Positions 9,793-19,821 are shown, numbered from the stretch's first letter. The stretch: 64,000 nt of DNA from an uncultured virus (IMG/VR IMGVR_UViG_3300025139_000008) (IMGVR_UViG_3300025139_000008); one strand, 5' to 3'. The notes: generated by a model not told the origin, from the sequence alone. Program-made: numbers and translations.

Positions 9793-10052
9793 GGTAAGGT
9801 TAACCGACGTTAACCTTTCTCCACCAGTAAGGTTAACAAAATCGGTCAATTTGTTAAGGTTAACAGCGCGTTAAGGTTAACGAACCCCTAATTTACCCCT
9901 CGTTAACCTTAACGAATATGGTTAACGGGCCATTAACCATGTTTGTTAACGTTAACGGCGAATTAAGGTTAATATGTGGAGCGATTTCGTTAAGGTTAAC
10001 AGATTCGGTGCATCCGTTAACGTTAACGAGGTCTCCCCTCCCCGTTAACCAT
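9793..10052. promoter_or_regulatory. second TTAA cluster containing perfect TTAA-N7-TTAA CtrA boxes
   Basis: TTAA-N7-TTAA at 9860-9874, 9922-9936 and 9952-9966, amid many GTTAAC. Confidence 0.75.
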
Positions 10053-10136
10053 CAAAGTGGAAAAAGTGCTTGACCGAATCGGCTGGGTCTGCGACTCAGG
10101 ATGCACGGCGAATCACCGCCGCTAGGAGACGACCGA

Positions 10137-10382
10137 ATGCCTTTGAAACCCGACGCCGCCGCCCGTAAGGACGCACTAGGGGCGAATCACCCTGCAACCC
10201 TCCAACATCGGCACTTCGCCGTAATCGCTGGAATCCTCGCCAACCTCGACCGGGACAGCCTCGGCTTGACGCAAGGCCAGCACCAGAACATCGCGGAAGA
10301 CTTCGCGGATGGCCTCGCCAACACGAATCCGAAGTTTGACCGCAAGCGATTCATGGTCGCCTGCGGCTTCGCGGCCCCCTGA
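10137..10382 (+). CDS. hypothetical cassette protein
   Basis: GGAGA RBS after the promoter repeat; ends in NPKFDRKRFMVAC. Confidence 0.8.
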   Translation: MPLKPDAAARKDALGANHPATLQHRHFAVIAGILANLDRDSLGLTQGQHQNIAEDFADGLANTNPKFDRKRFMVACGFAAP

Positions 10383-10526
10383 TGGGGTGTCTCGACGCTA
10401 TCGCCCGGTTCTTTCTGGGCATCTTTCTGCTGATCCTTGCAACTGGGCTGGCCTCGTGCCAGCCCCTTTTCTTTCGGTAACCATTCGTTAAGGTTAACAG
10501 ATTGGCCCTAGACGTTAACCATTAAA

Positions 10527-10576
10527 GTGGAAAAAGTGCTTGACCGAATCACTTGAGCCGCCTAGAAACGAATCAG
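10527..10576 (+). promoter_or_regulatory. representative cassette promoter: A-tract, TTGACC, 17-bp spacer, TAGAAA, two GANTC sites
   Basis: TTGACC-gaatcacttgagccgcc-TAGAAAC-gaatca resembles the alphaproteobacterial sigma70 consensus (TTGAC / GCTANAWC). Confidence 0.85.
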
Positions 10577-10624
10577 CAATGCAGGGCGCGACTCGCACCG
10601 GGCAGCTACAAACGGAGACAGACC

Positions 10625-11032
10625 ATGCCGGAATTTTTGATCGAATACACGAAGACCGAAGTCACCCGCGAACGGGTGTGGATCGAAGCCGACTCGCCTG
10701 CTGAGGCGCTGCGGATTGTCGAAGAATACGAATTTGACAACTCGGAAAGCTACGAAGTCGATTCGCTGCGCTGGGAAATCAGCGACGCGGAAGTGCAGGG
10801 CGAGACGCCGGACGAAGATGATCCGGAACCGGACGAAACGGAACCGAACGCCTTGCCAGTCGCTATCACCTGCGACCGTGGCGACACCATCGAAGTCGTT
10901 CACCGGACCGCCACCATCGCCGAGGCGGAAGAATGGATTAGCGTTGGCCTTGCCGACGGTTTCCTTGACGAAAACGACGTTGACCAAGGCCGCTACGGAA
11001 TCGACGCGCCGGAAGAAATGGTTAACCCATGA
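10625..11032 (+). CDS. acidic hypothetical cassette protein
   Basis: GGAGACAGACC-ATG; very D/E-rich. Confidence 0.8.
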   Translation: MPEFLIEYTKTEVTRERVWIEADSPAEALRIVEEYEFDNSESYEVDSLRWEISDAEVQGETPDEDDPEPDETEPNALPVAITCDRGDTIEVVHRTATIAEAEEWISVGLADGFLDENDVDQGRYGIDAPEEMVNP

Positions 11033-11469
11033 GCCGGGCCATCGCAATCCTGATCGACCCGCAAGGCGAAGAATGGTTCATGGCTTACGGGCCGAAAACC
11101 AAGCTTCGCGACAAGGCGAGCCGCTACATCAGCGCCGAAGTGGCGATGAAAGCGGCGCGGGCGATCATATTCGGACACCCGGATGCGTTCTGGAATAGCG
11201 AGCGCCAGCACGCCGAAAACACCCGGCGGGAACACAAGGGCTGGTCCTACCGAATTGAGGAAGTGCCGGACCACGACCGCAAGCGGGAAGGTTTCAGCGT
11301 GGCACGTTATCAGGCCGGGACAAGCGTCTACCACTATCACGCAATCGGCGGGGGTTTCACCACGGAAGAGGGCCGGGCCGTTCTATGGCCCACCCGCGCC
11401 AAGGCGCTGGAAATAGCGCAAGGCACTGTCAGGCCGGAAGGCTGGAACGTTTGCGTGCAAGACTACTGA
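11029..11469 (+). CDS. hypothetical cassette protein
   Basis: ATGA coupling; followed by a terminator. Confidence 0.8.
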   Translation: MSRAIAILIDPQGEEWFMAYGPKTKLRDKASRYISAEVAMKAARAIIFGHPDAFWNSERQHAENTRREHKGWSYRIEEVPDHDRKREGFSVARYQAGTSVYHYHAIGGGFTTEEGRAVLWPTRAKALEIAQGTVRPEGWNVCVQDY

Positions 11470-11473
11470 GATC

Positions 11474-11499
11474 GGCGGGCTCCGGCCCGCCTTTCTTTT
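11474..11499 (+). terminator. intrinsic terminator (representative of about 20 in the array)
   Basis: GGCGGGC-TCCG-GCCCGCC followed by TTTCTTTT. Confidence 0.85.
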
Positions 11500-11620
11500 G
11501 CCGGTAACTAATCGTTAAGGTTAACGCATCGGTGTAAATTGTTAACCATCAAAGTGGAAAAAGTGCTTGACCGAATCACTTGAGACACCTAGAAACGAAT
11601 CACCACAACGGAGACGACCA

Positions 11621-11926
11621 ATGCAAAAGACCTTTCAAGTTTACAACGATCCCGGCCACGGCTGGTGCAAGGTGCCGCTCGCAGTCATCGAAGCGATCGG
11701 CCTGACTGAGGGACACTTTTCGTCCTATAGCTACCGCAACGGGGACGCGCTGTTCCTCGAAGAGGATTGCGACCTCGGCACCTTCGCAAAGGCTTTCACT
11801 GAAAAGACGGGCTCGCCGCCCTCTTTCAAAGATAACTACTGCAACGGACGCAGCCGCATTCGCAGCTTTGCGTCGGTCCGCTCGGGCGAAGGTTATGCAG
11901 CCATCGCAGCCGCAAGGGGATATTGA
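11621..11926 (+). CDS. hypothetical cassette protein (DPGHGW...LEEDCD)
   Basis: RBS after the promoter repeat. Confidence 0.8.
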   Translation: MQKTFQVYNDPGHGWCKVPLAVIEAIGLTEGHFSSYSYRNGDALFLEEDCDLGTFAKAFTEKTGSPPSFKDNYCNGRSRIRSFASVRSGEGYAAIAAARGY

Positions 11927-11927
11927 C

Positions 11928-12257
11928 ATGGGAGACTTGCTTGACCGTTGCCTTGCCCGTCCGGGGAAAAACTACGGACCCGGCTACGGCTTCGCCCTTG
12001 CCTATCTTGACGACAAGATGAACCCCGCTCACTTGCGGGACGGCGCTTGTCACATGGTCGGCAAGGCATATGGCCCGCACGGCTGGGCTGAGGCTCGCAA
12101 GAGTCCTGATCTGGCGGCATTCGTGCTTGCATACAGCGAAGCGGAATGCTTCGAAGACTTCGCAATCGAAGCGGCGCAATTGCTGCTCGAATGGGGAATG
12201 CGTGGCGATCCGGACGCCGCCACCGTGCTTCGCCTTTGCGGCCATCCGGGTTATTGA
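11928..12257 (+). CDS. hypothetical cassette protein
   Basis: Second gene of the cassette, followed by a terminator. Confidence 0.75.
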   Translation: MGDLLDRCLARPGKNYGPGYGFALAYLDDKMNPAHLRDGACHMVGKAYGPHGWAEARKSPDLAAFVLAYSEAECFEDFAIEAAQLLLEWGMRGDPDAATVLRLCGHPGY

Positions 12258-12414
12258 GAGAGGGGCTTCGGCCCCTTTCTTTTGTCCTTTACCTGCTGTT
12301 AAGGTTAACGCATAGGGGTAATTTGTTAACCATCAAAGTGGAAAAAGTGCTTGACCGAATCAGCGAATCGCCCTAGCAAGGAATCACCGCAATCAAGCGG
12401 CTGGAGACAAAACA

Positions 12415-12771
12415 ATGACCACTCGAATCAACAAGGGCCGCGACGGTTGGCAGGCCAAGACTGAAACCGATCTGCCCGGCCTCACCCTGACGGAAGGTGA
12501 AAAGACGAAGCAAGGGGTTCTGACTATCAGCACCCGCAAGACTTCGCGTGGCCTCGAAACCGGCGTCAGTGTCGCTTTCCGCGACGGCATGTTCCTGACG
12601 CATCGTCTTTACGAAGACTTCAACGCCCGTTATGCCGCCAGCACCGCACGCTGCACGGAAAAGGCGATCCGCTCTATGCATGACGAAGCGCTCGCCAATC
12701 TGGAAACCCTCAAGGGCCATGCATACGCCCACTATGGCATGACTGCCCCGGTGGAAAGCGAAGCGGCATGA
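12415..12771 (+). CDS. hypothetical cassette protein
   Basis: GGAGA RBS after the promoter. Confidence 0.8.
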   Translation: MTTRINKGRDGWQAKTETDLPGLTLTEGEKTKQGVLTISTRKTSRGLETGVSVAFRDGMFLTHRLYEDFNARYAASTARCTEKAIRSMHDEALANLETLKGHAYAHYGMTAPVESEAA

Positions 12772-13073
12772 TCGAGCGCGATCAATTCTTCGACATGTTG
12801 CAACGCGTCGCCAATGACGGCGTTTGCGGCCAGCCCCGGCCCTATTCGGGCCGGGCCATGTATGGCAAGCAGTGCATCGCAGTGTCCGGTGATTATCTGG
12901 ACGAATGGGCGCTTGCCGTCGCGCTGGGGCACCAGTGCCGTTGCTGGGGACTTGACGTTCGCGATCTGCCTTCGCCGGACAGCGATTCGCTTGGCCGAGG
13001 CCGCGTCCTCTATTGGCCGCAATACGAATGGCCGGACGACCAGCCCGAACCGGCGGACGAAGACGAAGACTAA
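12768..13073 (+). CDS. hypothetical cassette protein (YSGRAMYGKQC)
   Basis: ATGA coupling; terminator follows. Confidence 0.8.
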   Translation: MIERDQFFDMLQRVANDGVCGQPRPYSGRAMYGKQCIAVSGDYLDEWALAVALGHQCRCWGLDVRDLPSPDSDSLGRGRVLYWPQYEWPDDQPEPADEDED

Positions 13074-13219
13074 GGGAAGGCGGGGCAACCCGCCTTTTCT
13101 TTTGTTCTTTACCCGGCGTTAAGGTTAACGAAGAGTTACGATTAAGTGGAAAAAGTTCTTGACCGAATCAGTTACCTACCCTAGAACGAATCATCGCATT
13201 AAGCGATTGGAGACAGACC

Positions 13220-13492
13220 ATGCTTATGAACCCCTCTGTAAATATCAATGGCACCAGCCGCGAGGCTCTTGTCGATGCCCGCCGGGATGCCTTCGAAGCG
13301 ATCCACGCCGCCATGAATGCGCTTCGCGAAACCATGCCCCATGGCCGCGATTACGTGGGCCGGGCGCATCAATTCTCGGTGGACCGGGCGATCTACATGG
13401 AACGGCACGCCGTCCTGTCGAAGCTGTCCGAAGACCTGATGGACGAAGCGCTCGCGATCCAGAATGCCGGGGCACGGGGCGCTGTGGTATGA
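13220..13492 (+). CDS. hypothetical cassette protein
   Basis: GGAGACAGACC-ATG. Confidence 0.8.
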   Translation: MLMNPSVNINGTSREALVDARRDAFEAIHAAMNALRETMPHGRDYVGRAHQFSVDRAIYMERHAVLSKLSEDLMDEALAIQNAGARGAVV

Positions 13493-13729
13493 CCTACATT
13501 CATCACGAAACATTCAGCAGCCCGGAAGCCGATGAGAACGAAAACGAGCGGACGCCGAGAAACGCGCAATGGAATATGAGAGAGGGGCTTAGGCCCCTCT
13601 TTCTTTACCGGAAACCACACGTTAACCTTAACAGACCAGCCGAACTCGTTAACCATCTGTGTGGAAAAAGTGCTTGACCTAATACAGCGACTCGCCTAGA
13701 AACGAATCACTTGAAACGGAGACAAGACC

Positions 13730-14428
13730 ATGAAACTTTTCCCTGATGCCGCCGCCCTCGAATCATCCGGCTATCTTTTCCGGATCACTGACAACGGCGG
13801 CGAAACCTTTGACAGAATCACCGTCACGTTTTGCGATGGCGACGCGCTCGTTTGCACGCTCGGGACCATTTGCGCCCACGTTGAACGGGTTGACGTTCAA
13901 GTTGACGCAGAAGCCGTCGAATCCGGCGAGGCGCGGGACTTGCGCTGGATTGATCTGGACCCCGGCCTGCAATCGCGCATCCTTGCCGATCTGAATAACG
14001 GCTTTGCGGATTATATCGAAGCCGCGCCCGCAGCCGCGACTCGGGACGAAGCCCGCGACTGGGAAGGGCTATGGGATCACTACAGTGATAAACGTTCGCC
14101 GATTTATAAGTTGGGGGATTATTATCGCATCCGCGATGATGAGCGCGACAATGAAAACGACGATGACGATGACGCCTTTGAGACGCCAGCATTCGCTACG
14201 TTCCGGGACGCCTTATTCTACATGTTGCCAACCGACTATGACTTGAGCGGCCCGGAATATCACACCACGGTCGATCTCTGGGATACCGAAGGGGGACCGG
14301 CTGAACCTTGGGAAAAGGAACAGGATTGCGGTCAATGCGAAGGCACCGGCACAATCGAAGGCGGACCGGGCGGTGATGGGGAGGATGAGGAATGCCCCGT
14401 CTGCGATGGGAAGGGCAAGCAGGGATAA
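13730..14428 (+). CDS. acidic protein with C-terminal DnaJ-type CxxCxGxG zinc finger
   Basis: CGQCEGTG...CPVCDGKG; own promoter and terminator. Confidence 0.8.
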   Translation: MKLFPDAAALESSGYLFRITDNGGETFDRITVTFCDGDALVCTLGTICAHVERVDVQVDAEAVESGEARDLRWIDLDPGLQSRILADLNNGFADYIEAAPAAATRDEARDWEGLWDHYSDKRSPIYKLGDYYRIRDDERDNENDDDDDAFETPAFATFRDALFYMLPTDYDLSGPEYHTTVDLWDTEGGPAEPWEKEQDCGQCEGTGTIEGGPGGDGEDEECPVCDGKGKQG

Positions 14429-14587
14429 ACTAGGCGGGCTCCGGCCCGCCTCTTTTCCCGGTAACCCGGCGTTAACCTTAACAAATCGGACTAAGTTGTT
14501 AACCATCAAAGTGGAAAAACTACTTGACCGAATCACTTGTGCCGCCTAGAAACGAATCACCGCAATCAAGCGGTTGGAGACTTGACC

Positions 14588-15010
14588 ATGCCTAAGTGGC
14601 AATACAGTGGCGACCTTGATCTGCGAGAGGGCGGATTCTTCTGGCTGGACAACGGCGATGAAGACTGGGTGGCAGCCGTAAGCGTGACCCCTTGCAGCAG
14701 CGCAAGCGGGCCTGACAATCTGTTCTATATCGAGTCGGGCTCGATCTACTTTGCCCGCGATAAGTATGCTGACTATCTGTCAGTGATCGGCATGGAACCG
14801 GAAGACGCGACTCGCGAAGACGTGATCTACGCCGCGCACGCCTATGCTGGAATCGAGCGGGACCACGAAACGGTCGTCCGAATTGGTAAGGACGAAAGAG
14901 CGTCGGACCCTTGGCGGTGGAACGATTCGGGGTGGAACCCGGAACCCGATGTAGTGCTGCGCGGTAATGCGAGCCTGCAACGTTGGGTTGAACGCGAGTA
15001 TCTGTCATGA
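14588..15010 (+). CDS. hypothetical cassette protein
   Basis: GGAGA RBS after the promoter. Confidence 0.8.
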   Translation: MPKWQYSGDLDLREGGFFWLDNGDEDWVAAVSVTPCSSASGPDNLFYIESGSIYFARDKYADYLSVIGMEPEDATREDVIYAAHAYAGIERDHETVVRIGKDERASDPWRWNDSGWNPEPDVVLRGNASLQRWVEREYLS

Positions 15011-15255
15011 ACGCCGATGCAATCGAAGCGGAAGCCGCCGCAATCGCCCAAGCCGTTGCCGAGCGTAAGGCCCGGCCCTATCAGGCCGATGACAAGGCCC
15101 TAGTGGCGGCCTACCTTGCCGCCTCTGGTGTCGCGGGCTCACGCTCTTGGGAGATAACCCCGGAAGCGTTGGACTTGCCCTACCCTGTGTGGGCGGCCAT
15201 CCGGGCGGCCTACTTCGAAGCCGCGTGCAAGTGGAAGCGGGAGTCCGGCGCATAG
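15007..15255 (+). CDS. hypothetical cassette protein
   Basis: ATGA coupling. Confidence 0.7.
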   Translation: MNADAIEAEAAAIAQAVAERKARPYQADDKALVAAYLAASGVAGSRSWEITPEALDLPYPVWAAIRAAYFEAACKWKRESGA

Positions 15256-15377
15256 CCGGGCTCTTTCCCGGTAACCATCCGTTAACCTTAACAAGTCGTT
15301 ACCACTAAGTGGAAAAAGTGCTTGACCGAATCGCTTGCGTCACTTAGAAACGAATCAGTTGAAACGGAGACAGACCA

Positions 15378-15881
15378 ATGCCTGAATTTCAAATGGATAA
15401 AGAGGGAACCGTCAATGGGATGGTTTTCGCCGATCTCTCCATGATCTTTCAGGGTTACGTGGAAGCGATGCTTTTCACGGAAAACTCGCCCGGCAATAGC
15501 ATGGTCGATTGGCTGGATGATGAAGTGCAGGCAGGCTTGCGGGAAGGCACCATTGACGGCTGCATTCCGGAAGATGCGGGCTGGGGTGATATTCACCCCG
15601 AATCGGCTGAGCGGATGCAACTCGATTGCCTTAACTTCGAAGTGCAAGCCCGCGATCTACTGGCGCAAGCCTATGAGCGCGACTATGACGCGGCGCAAGC
15701 GGGCCGGGATTTCTGGTTCACTCGCAACGGTCACGGCGTCGGCTTTTGGGACCGCAAGGAACTGGAAGCGGACGGGCTGGGGGATGCTCTCACCACCATC
15801 GCCGAGTCGTTCGGGCAAGTGTATGTCGATTTCATCGCAGACCCTGAAAGCCCGACCGGTTACGGTTACGTCCACGTCTGA
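15378..15881 (+). CDS. acidic hypothetical protein (GRDFWFTRNGHGVGFWDR)
   Basis: Single-gene cassette with promoter, RBS and terminator. Confidence 0.85.
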   Translation: MPEFQMDKEGTVNGMVFADLSMIFQGYVEAMLFTENSPGNSMVDWLDDEVQAGLREGTIDGCIPEDAGWGDIHPESAERMQLDCLNFEVQARDLLAQAYERDYDAAQAGRDFWFTRNGHGVGFWDRKELEADGLGDALTTIAESFGQVYVDFIADPESPTGYGYVHV

Positions 15882-16035
15882 GAGGGGAGGGGCCTTGCGC
15901 CCCTCTCTTTTTGTCCGGTAACCTATCGTTAAGGTTAACGTGCCGGCCGATCTTCTTAACCATCAAAGTGGAAAAAGTGCTTGACCGAATCACTTGGGTC
16001 ACCTAGAAACGAATCAGTTGAAACGGAGACAGACC

Positions 16036-16275
16036 ATGCAAACAGCTATTGAACGCCTCAAGGAAGCCGCCAAGGACTCATTCATGAAGCCGCAATCCTA
16101 CATGGGTGCGGACATTCAGGAAGCGATTATGGAAGCCGGGCTCGATCTGGAAGACGACAAGATTTATGCACGCCTCTCGGCTCCGGGCTATCTCGATTGC
16201 ACTGATTGGAGCGGTCCCTTCGACACCACGGAAGAGGCCGCACAAGCCTTGCTGGACCTCTACTTCGAAGATTGA
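16036..16275 (+). CDS. acidic hypothetical protein (ARLSAPGYLDCTDW)
   Basis: Single-gene cassette. Confidence 0.8.
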   Translation: MQTAIERLKEAAKDSFMKPQSYMGADIQEAIMEAGLDLEDDKIYARLSAPGYLDCTDWSGPFDTTEEAAQALLDLYFED

Positions 16276-16434
16276 GAGTAGGGGCTTCGGCCCCTCTCTT
16301 TTTGCCCGGTAACCAGCCGTTAACCTTAACAGCGTGGTAACTAAGTGGAAAAACTTCTGGACGAATTGGCTTGCGAATCACCTACGACTCGCCTATCAAG
16401 AGTTCAGCGCAATTCCGCGCTTGGAGACGACCAA

Positions 16435-16884
16435 ATGTCATCACCTTTCCTACCTTCGGTGCAAGAGCAACTACAAGCTCGCCGCGACGAATCGGACGAC
16501 GGCTTCGCCTGCGTTCATATCGATACCTGTCTTTCATCCTTTCTGAATGACCACCACAATCGCGATGGCGAATTGCTGCTGGGCGCAATCGTCTTCGGCG
16601 ATACTTCCATCGGTGAAGTCAAGAACGAACTGCTGAGCGAGTTCGACTCGGTGGCTTACGATCTGGCTGGTGAGCGTGCTGGCTATGACCACGACAAGGC
16701 TCGGAAAGCGATCCTGCGTGCGTTTGTGGACGTTCATCCCATGGAACTGGACCGGAAAGCTTTCGATCCTTCGCTGGATTTCCGCGACGAAGAGGACGAC
16801 GGCTTCGGCTGCGAGGAATACTGTCAAGCGTGGTTCCTCATTACGTGGAACGTTCCGGAAGAGGAGGACGAGACATCGGATTGA
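16435..16884 (+). CDS. acidic hypothetical cassette protein
   Basis: GGAGA RBS; variant promoter. Confidence 0.8.
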   Translation: MSSPFLPSVQEQLQARRDESDDGFACVHIDTCLSSFLNDHHNRDGELLLGAIVFGDTSIGEVKNELLSEFDSVAYDLAGERAGYDHDKARKAILRAFVDVHPMELDRKAFDPSLDFRDEEDDGFGCEEYCQAWFLITWNVPEEEDETSD

Positions 16885-17075
16885 TCGACGCACTCGCCCG
16901 CCTAGGTGTGGGCGTCCTCTTCCTTATCCTTGCAACTGGGCTGGCCGCGTGCCAGCCCCTTTTCTTTTGGTAACCATTCGTTAAGGTTAACAACAAGTGG
17001 AGTTCGGTGGAAAAAGTTCTTGACCAAATCGCTTGCACCGCCTAGAAACGAATCAGTTGAAACGGAGACAGACCA

Positions 17076-17348
17076 ATGATCAAAGCAGCAGCAGATTTCA
17101 GCCACATCCGCCCGGACGAAGTAGCTGAGTGTTGGGATGGTGTTGACGCCGTTCCCGGCCTTTACAGCGCCCTTTGGGGTTGTGTGAACGATTACAAGGC
17201 CCCGTCGCCGGAAGTATCGGAAGAGCCCTGCCACGGTATGGATTCGGTCGCTGACTTCTGGGATCGGTTCTCGGATGATCACAAAGAGGCGCTTAACGCC
17301 CTCTGCGAACGGCACGCTGAGTTCTGGACCGGCCACGAGGAGTATTGA
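17076..17348 (+). CDS. acidic hypothetical cassette protein
   Basis: GGAGACAGACCA-ATG. Confidence 0.8.
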   Translation: MIKAAADFSHIRPDEVAECWDGVDAVPGLYSALWGCVNDYKAPSPEVSEEPCHGMDSVADFWDRFSDDHKEALNALCERHAEFWTGHEEY

Positions 17349-17350
17349 AC

Positions 17351-17596
17351 ATGAAGCTATTTTTCGTTGCTCACTTCAACGGCGAAAACTACGACTTGTT
17401 CGTGGTTGCCAACACGGTGGCGGAAGTGACTCAAGTCTGGCGAGACCATTACGAAATGCCGGACGAAACGCCCGAAATGATCTTCAAGGTAGCTGGCGCG
17501 AGCCCGGTCGGATCACGGGAAGAGCCCCATGCCTTCGAATGGCACGGGGTCAATCTCCCACGGGTTGGCGGCTCTCGACCGGCCAACCCGCGCTGA
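17351..17596 (+). CDS. hypothetical cassette protein
   Basis: GAGGAG RBS; terminator follows. Confidence 0.75.
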   Translation: MKLFFVAHFNGENYDLFVVANTVAEVTQVWRDHYEMPDETPEMIFKVAGASPVGSREEPHAFEWHGVNLPRVGGSRPANPR

Positions 17597-17752
17597 GGGG
17601 AGGGGCTTTGGCCCCTCTCTTTTTGTCTGTAAAAATTCGTTAAGGTTAACAGCCCGATAACCACTGGAAAAATAAATGGAGAAAGTGCTTGCGTGAATCG
17701 AATCACCGGCCTATTACCGAATCACCGGCACGGAGCCGGAAGGAGAAAGACC

Positions 17753-18199
17753 ATGCAAGACGCCTCACTTTTCAAGCGCCGCGAAACGACCTTCAACGGC
17801 GGCGAATCGACCACTGGGGTTTACATCCCCAAGCAGACCGTCACGATCGGGCGGTGTGTTGATGAAAACGAAGACATCTGGACCGTCACAGACGTGAACG
17901 GCAAGACCCACCGGGTTGATGGATGCGAGTTGCACCCGCACCCGGAATCCGCGCTGACCAATGTCGAGTTCATGAATCTGGTCATGACGTGGTGCAAGAC
18001 CCCGTTGATGCACGCCTTCATCTTTCAGGCGCTGGATCAATACGCCAAGGCTGTCGTCAAGGCAGACGTGGCGACGCTCGAAACCCCGTTCATCGCTGGG
18101 GCGGCGTGGCAGGAAACGGCCCGTGAATATATGGGCTTCGCTGTCGCCCGTGAATACGTGGAGAAAGAGCGCCACAAGGAATTGACTCCGGCCGATTGA
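17753..18199 (+). CDS. hypothetical cassette protein
   Basis: AGGAGA RBS; variant promoter. Confidence 0.8.
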   Translation: MQDASLFKRRETTFNGGESTTGVYIPKQTVTIGRCVDENEDIWTVTDVNGKTHRVDGCELHPHPESALTNVEFMNLVMTWCKTPLMHAFIFQALDQYAKAVVKADVATLETPFIAGAAWQETAREYMGFAVAREYVEKERHKELTPAD

Positions 18200-18369
18200 G
18201 CCTTCGGGCTCTCGGCAGAGGGGCAGGGTTTGGTCGCCCTGCCCCTCACCTTTTTCTGGTAGGGACCCGTTAACCTTAACAAATAGGGGTGGGTTGTTAA
18301 TCGTGGAAAAAGTGCTTGACCGAATCAGTGGATAATGGCACCAACGAATCACCACAAAGGAGACAGACC

Positions 18370-18726
18370 ATGCGAATCACTTACGAAATTGTGACCCCGG
18401 AAAGCGCCGAACAAGGCGACGCCGAAGAACGGGGATTCGTCCTTCCGGCTCGTTTCTTCCATATGAAGGTATCAATCGAACAGGTCGATGAACTGGATGA
18501 CTCAGACTTGGAGTGGAGCTTGCGGGACGCTGAACAATACCTAGGCCGTAATGGCATGGAGGATTCCGGTCGCTGGTTTTCCACAATTGACCCGGACCGC
18601 GATTATCAAACAGGTGCTGAAACCTATGAATCGCTGCACCCGTCGGACAACATCACACCGGCAAGCTACGAACGCCTTGCGCGTATCTTTTGCTGGGATC
18701 GCGACCCTCGACAGTTGCGAAGCTGA
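18370..18726 (+). CDS. acidic hypothetical protein (TYEIVTPESAEQGD)
   Basis: AGGAGA RBS after the promoter. Confidence 0.8.
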   Translation: MRITYEIVTPESAEQGDAEERGFVLPARFFHMKVSIEQVDELDDSDLEWSLRDAEQYLGRNGMEDSGRWFSTIDPDRDYQTGAETYESLHPSDNITPASYERLARIFCWDRDPRQLRS

Positions 18727-18839
18727 TGGGCTGCCTTGACGCCGTGGCCCGGCTGCTGCTGGGTGTGTTCTTACTGATCATCGCCGCCGGGGTTGCATCA
18801 TGCACCCCGGCATTTTTCTTTCTGGTAACGGTTCGTTAA
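18726..18839 (+). CDS. possible lipoprotein signal-peptide ORF, likely truncated
   Basis: MGCLDAVARLLLGVFLLIIAAGVAS-C lipobox; TGATG coupling; terminator hairpin lies inside the ORF. Confidence 0.4.
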   Translation: MGCLDAVARLLLGVFLLIIAAGVASCTPAFFFLVTVR

Positions 18840-18947
18840 CCTTAACAGAAGTGTTTCACTTGTTAACCAACTTTGAAGTGGAAAAAGTGCTTGACCGAAA
18901 CAGCGAATCACCCTAGACCGGGATCACCAACAACGGAGACAAACCAA

Positions 18948-19346
18948 ATGAGCGAACACGCAATCAGCAATGCACGGGGCTGGCTCTCGACAATCGTCGG
19001 GGCGATGGCCGCGCTGGAAGCCCTGAACGACGGAGCCGAATCGGCTGAGTTCGACGGGGAGACCTTCACCGACCCGGACGACGTGCAGAACCGGATTCAG
19101 GAAATGCCGCTTTCCGTGGAAGTGCGCGACGGATGGCGGGCACCGGGCGGCGAATCGGAGCCGGAAGAGTTCGCGATTCTGCTCTCGACCGGCGGACCGG
19201 CCTTGCGGGTATATGGTGACATCGGCGGCGAACCTTTCTTGCAGTGGCAGGACTGGGGCACGCCGTGGACCACCTACCATGACACCACCGAACAGGAAGA
19301 CGAGGCCCTGCAAGCCTTTGTCGGAATGTTCTATCTCGGCGAATAA
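18948..19346 (+). CDS. acidic hypothetical protein (LLSTGGPA...QDWGTPW)
   Basis: Single-gene cassette. Confidence 0.85.
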   Translation: MSEHAISNARGWLSTIVGAMAALEALNDGAESAEFDGETFTDPDDVQNRIQEMPLSVEVRDGWRAPGGESEPEEFAILLSTGGPALRVYGDIGGEPFLQWQDWGTPWTTYHDTTEQEDEALQAFVGMFYLGE

Positions 19347-19515
19347 GGAAAGGCGGGGCAACCCGCCTTTTTCTTTGGGTGTAAACATTCGTTAAGGTTA
19401 ACGGAATCGGTCTATCGTGTTAACCATTCTTCAAAGTGGAAAAAGTGCTTGACCGAATCGCTGGAAAATGCGAATCAGGGTTTACCGGAAGAGACCGGAA
19501 AACAGGAGACAGACC

Positions 19516-19821
19516 ATGAAGACACTTTTTGAAATCCCGACCCGTGGCGATGACATGACCATGCCGGGCGGCATCGCGCTGCGCTACAACGAAAACCGCG
19601 AAGAGTTTGTGGTCCACAACTACAACACCGACCGGGAGACAGGCACCGAACGCAATTACTTTGGTGGCGGCTACTACTGCTCGGGCACACCGGCGGAACG
19701 TCTGAGCGGGGCCATGGCAGACCTCAGCAAGCGGGTTGCACGTCAGAGCAATTACGATCTGGGCGGCTCCATTGATGTGGAAGCTTTGACCGGACTCCCT
19801 GCCCGGCTCTACGCCATCTAA
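19516..19821 (+). CDS. hypothetical cassette protein
   Basis: AGGAGACAGACC-ATG. Confidence 0.8.
   Translation: MKTLFEIPTRGDDMTMPGGIALRYNENREEFVVHNYNTDRETGTERNYFGGGYYCSGTPAERLSGAMADLSKRVARQSNYDLGGSIDVEALTGLPARLYAI

Noticed and set aside
9570..9874. ORFs with repeated MDRGHF / LLWIEAIL peptides
   Set aside because: Translations of the 19-bp DNA repeat in three frames; no RBS.
11567..11620. N-terminal extensions such as MTES..., MEKVLDRI... on cassette ORFs
   Set aside because: They are translations of the promoter repeat; true starts follow the GGAGA RBS.
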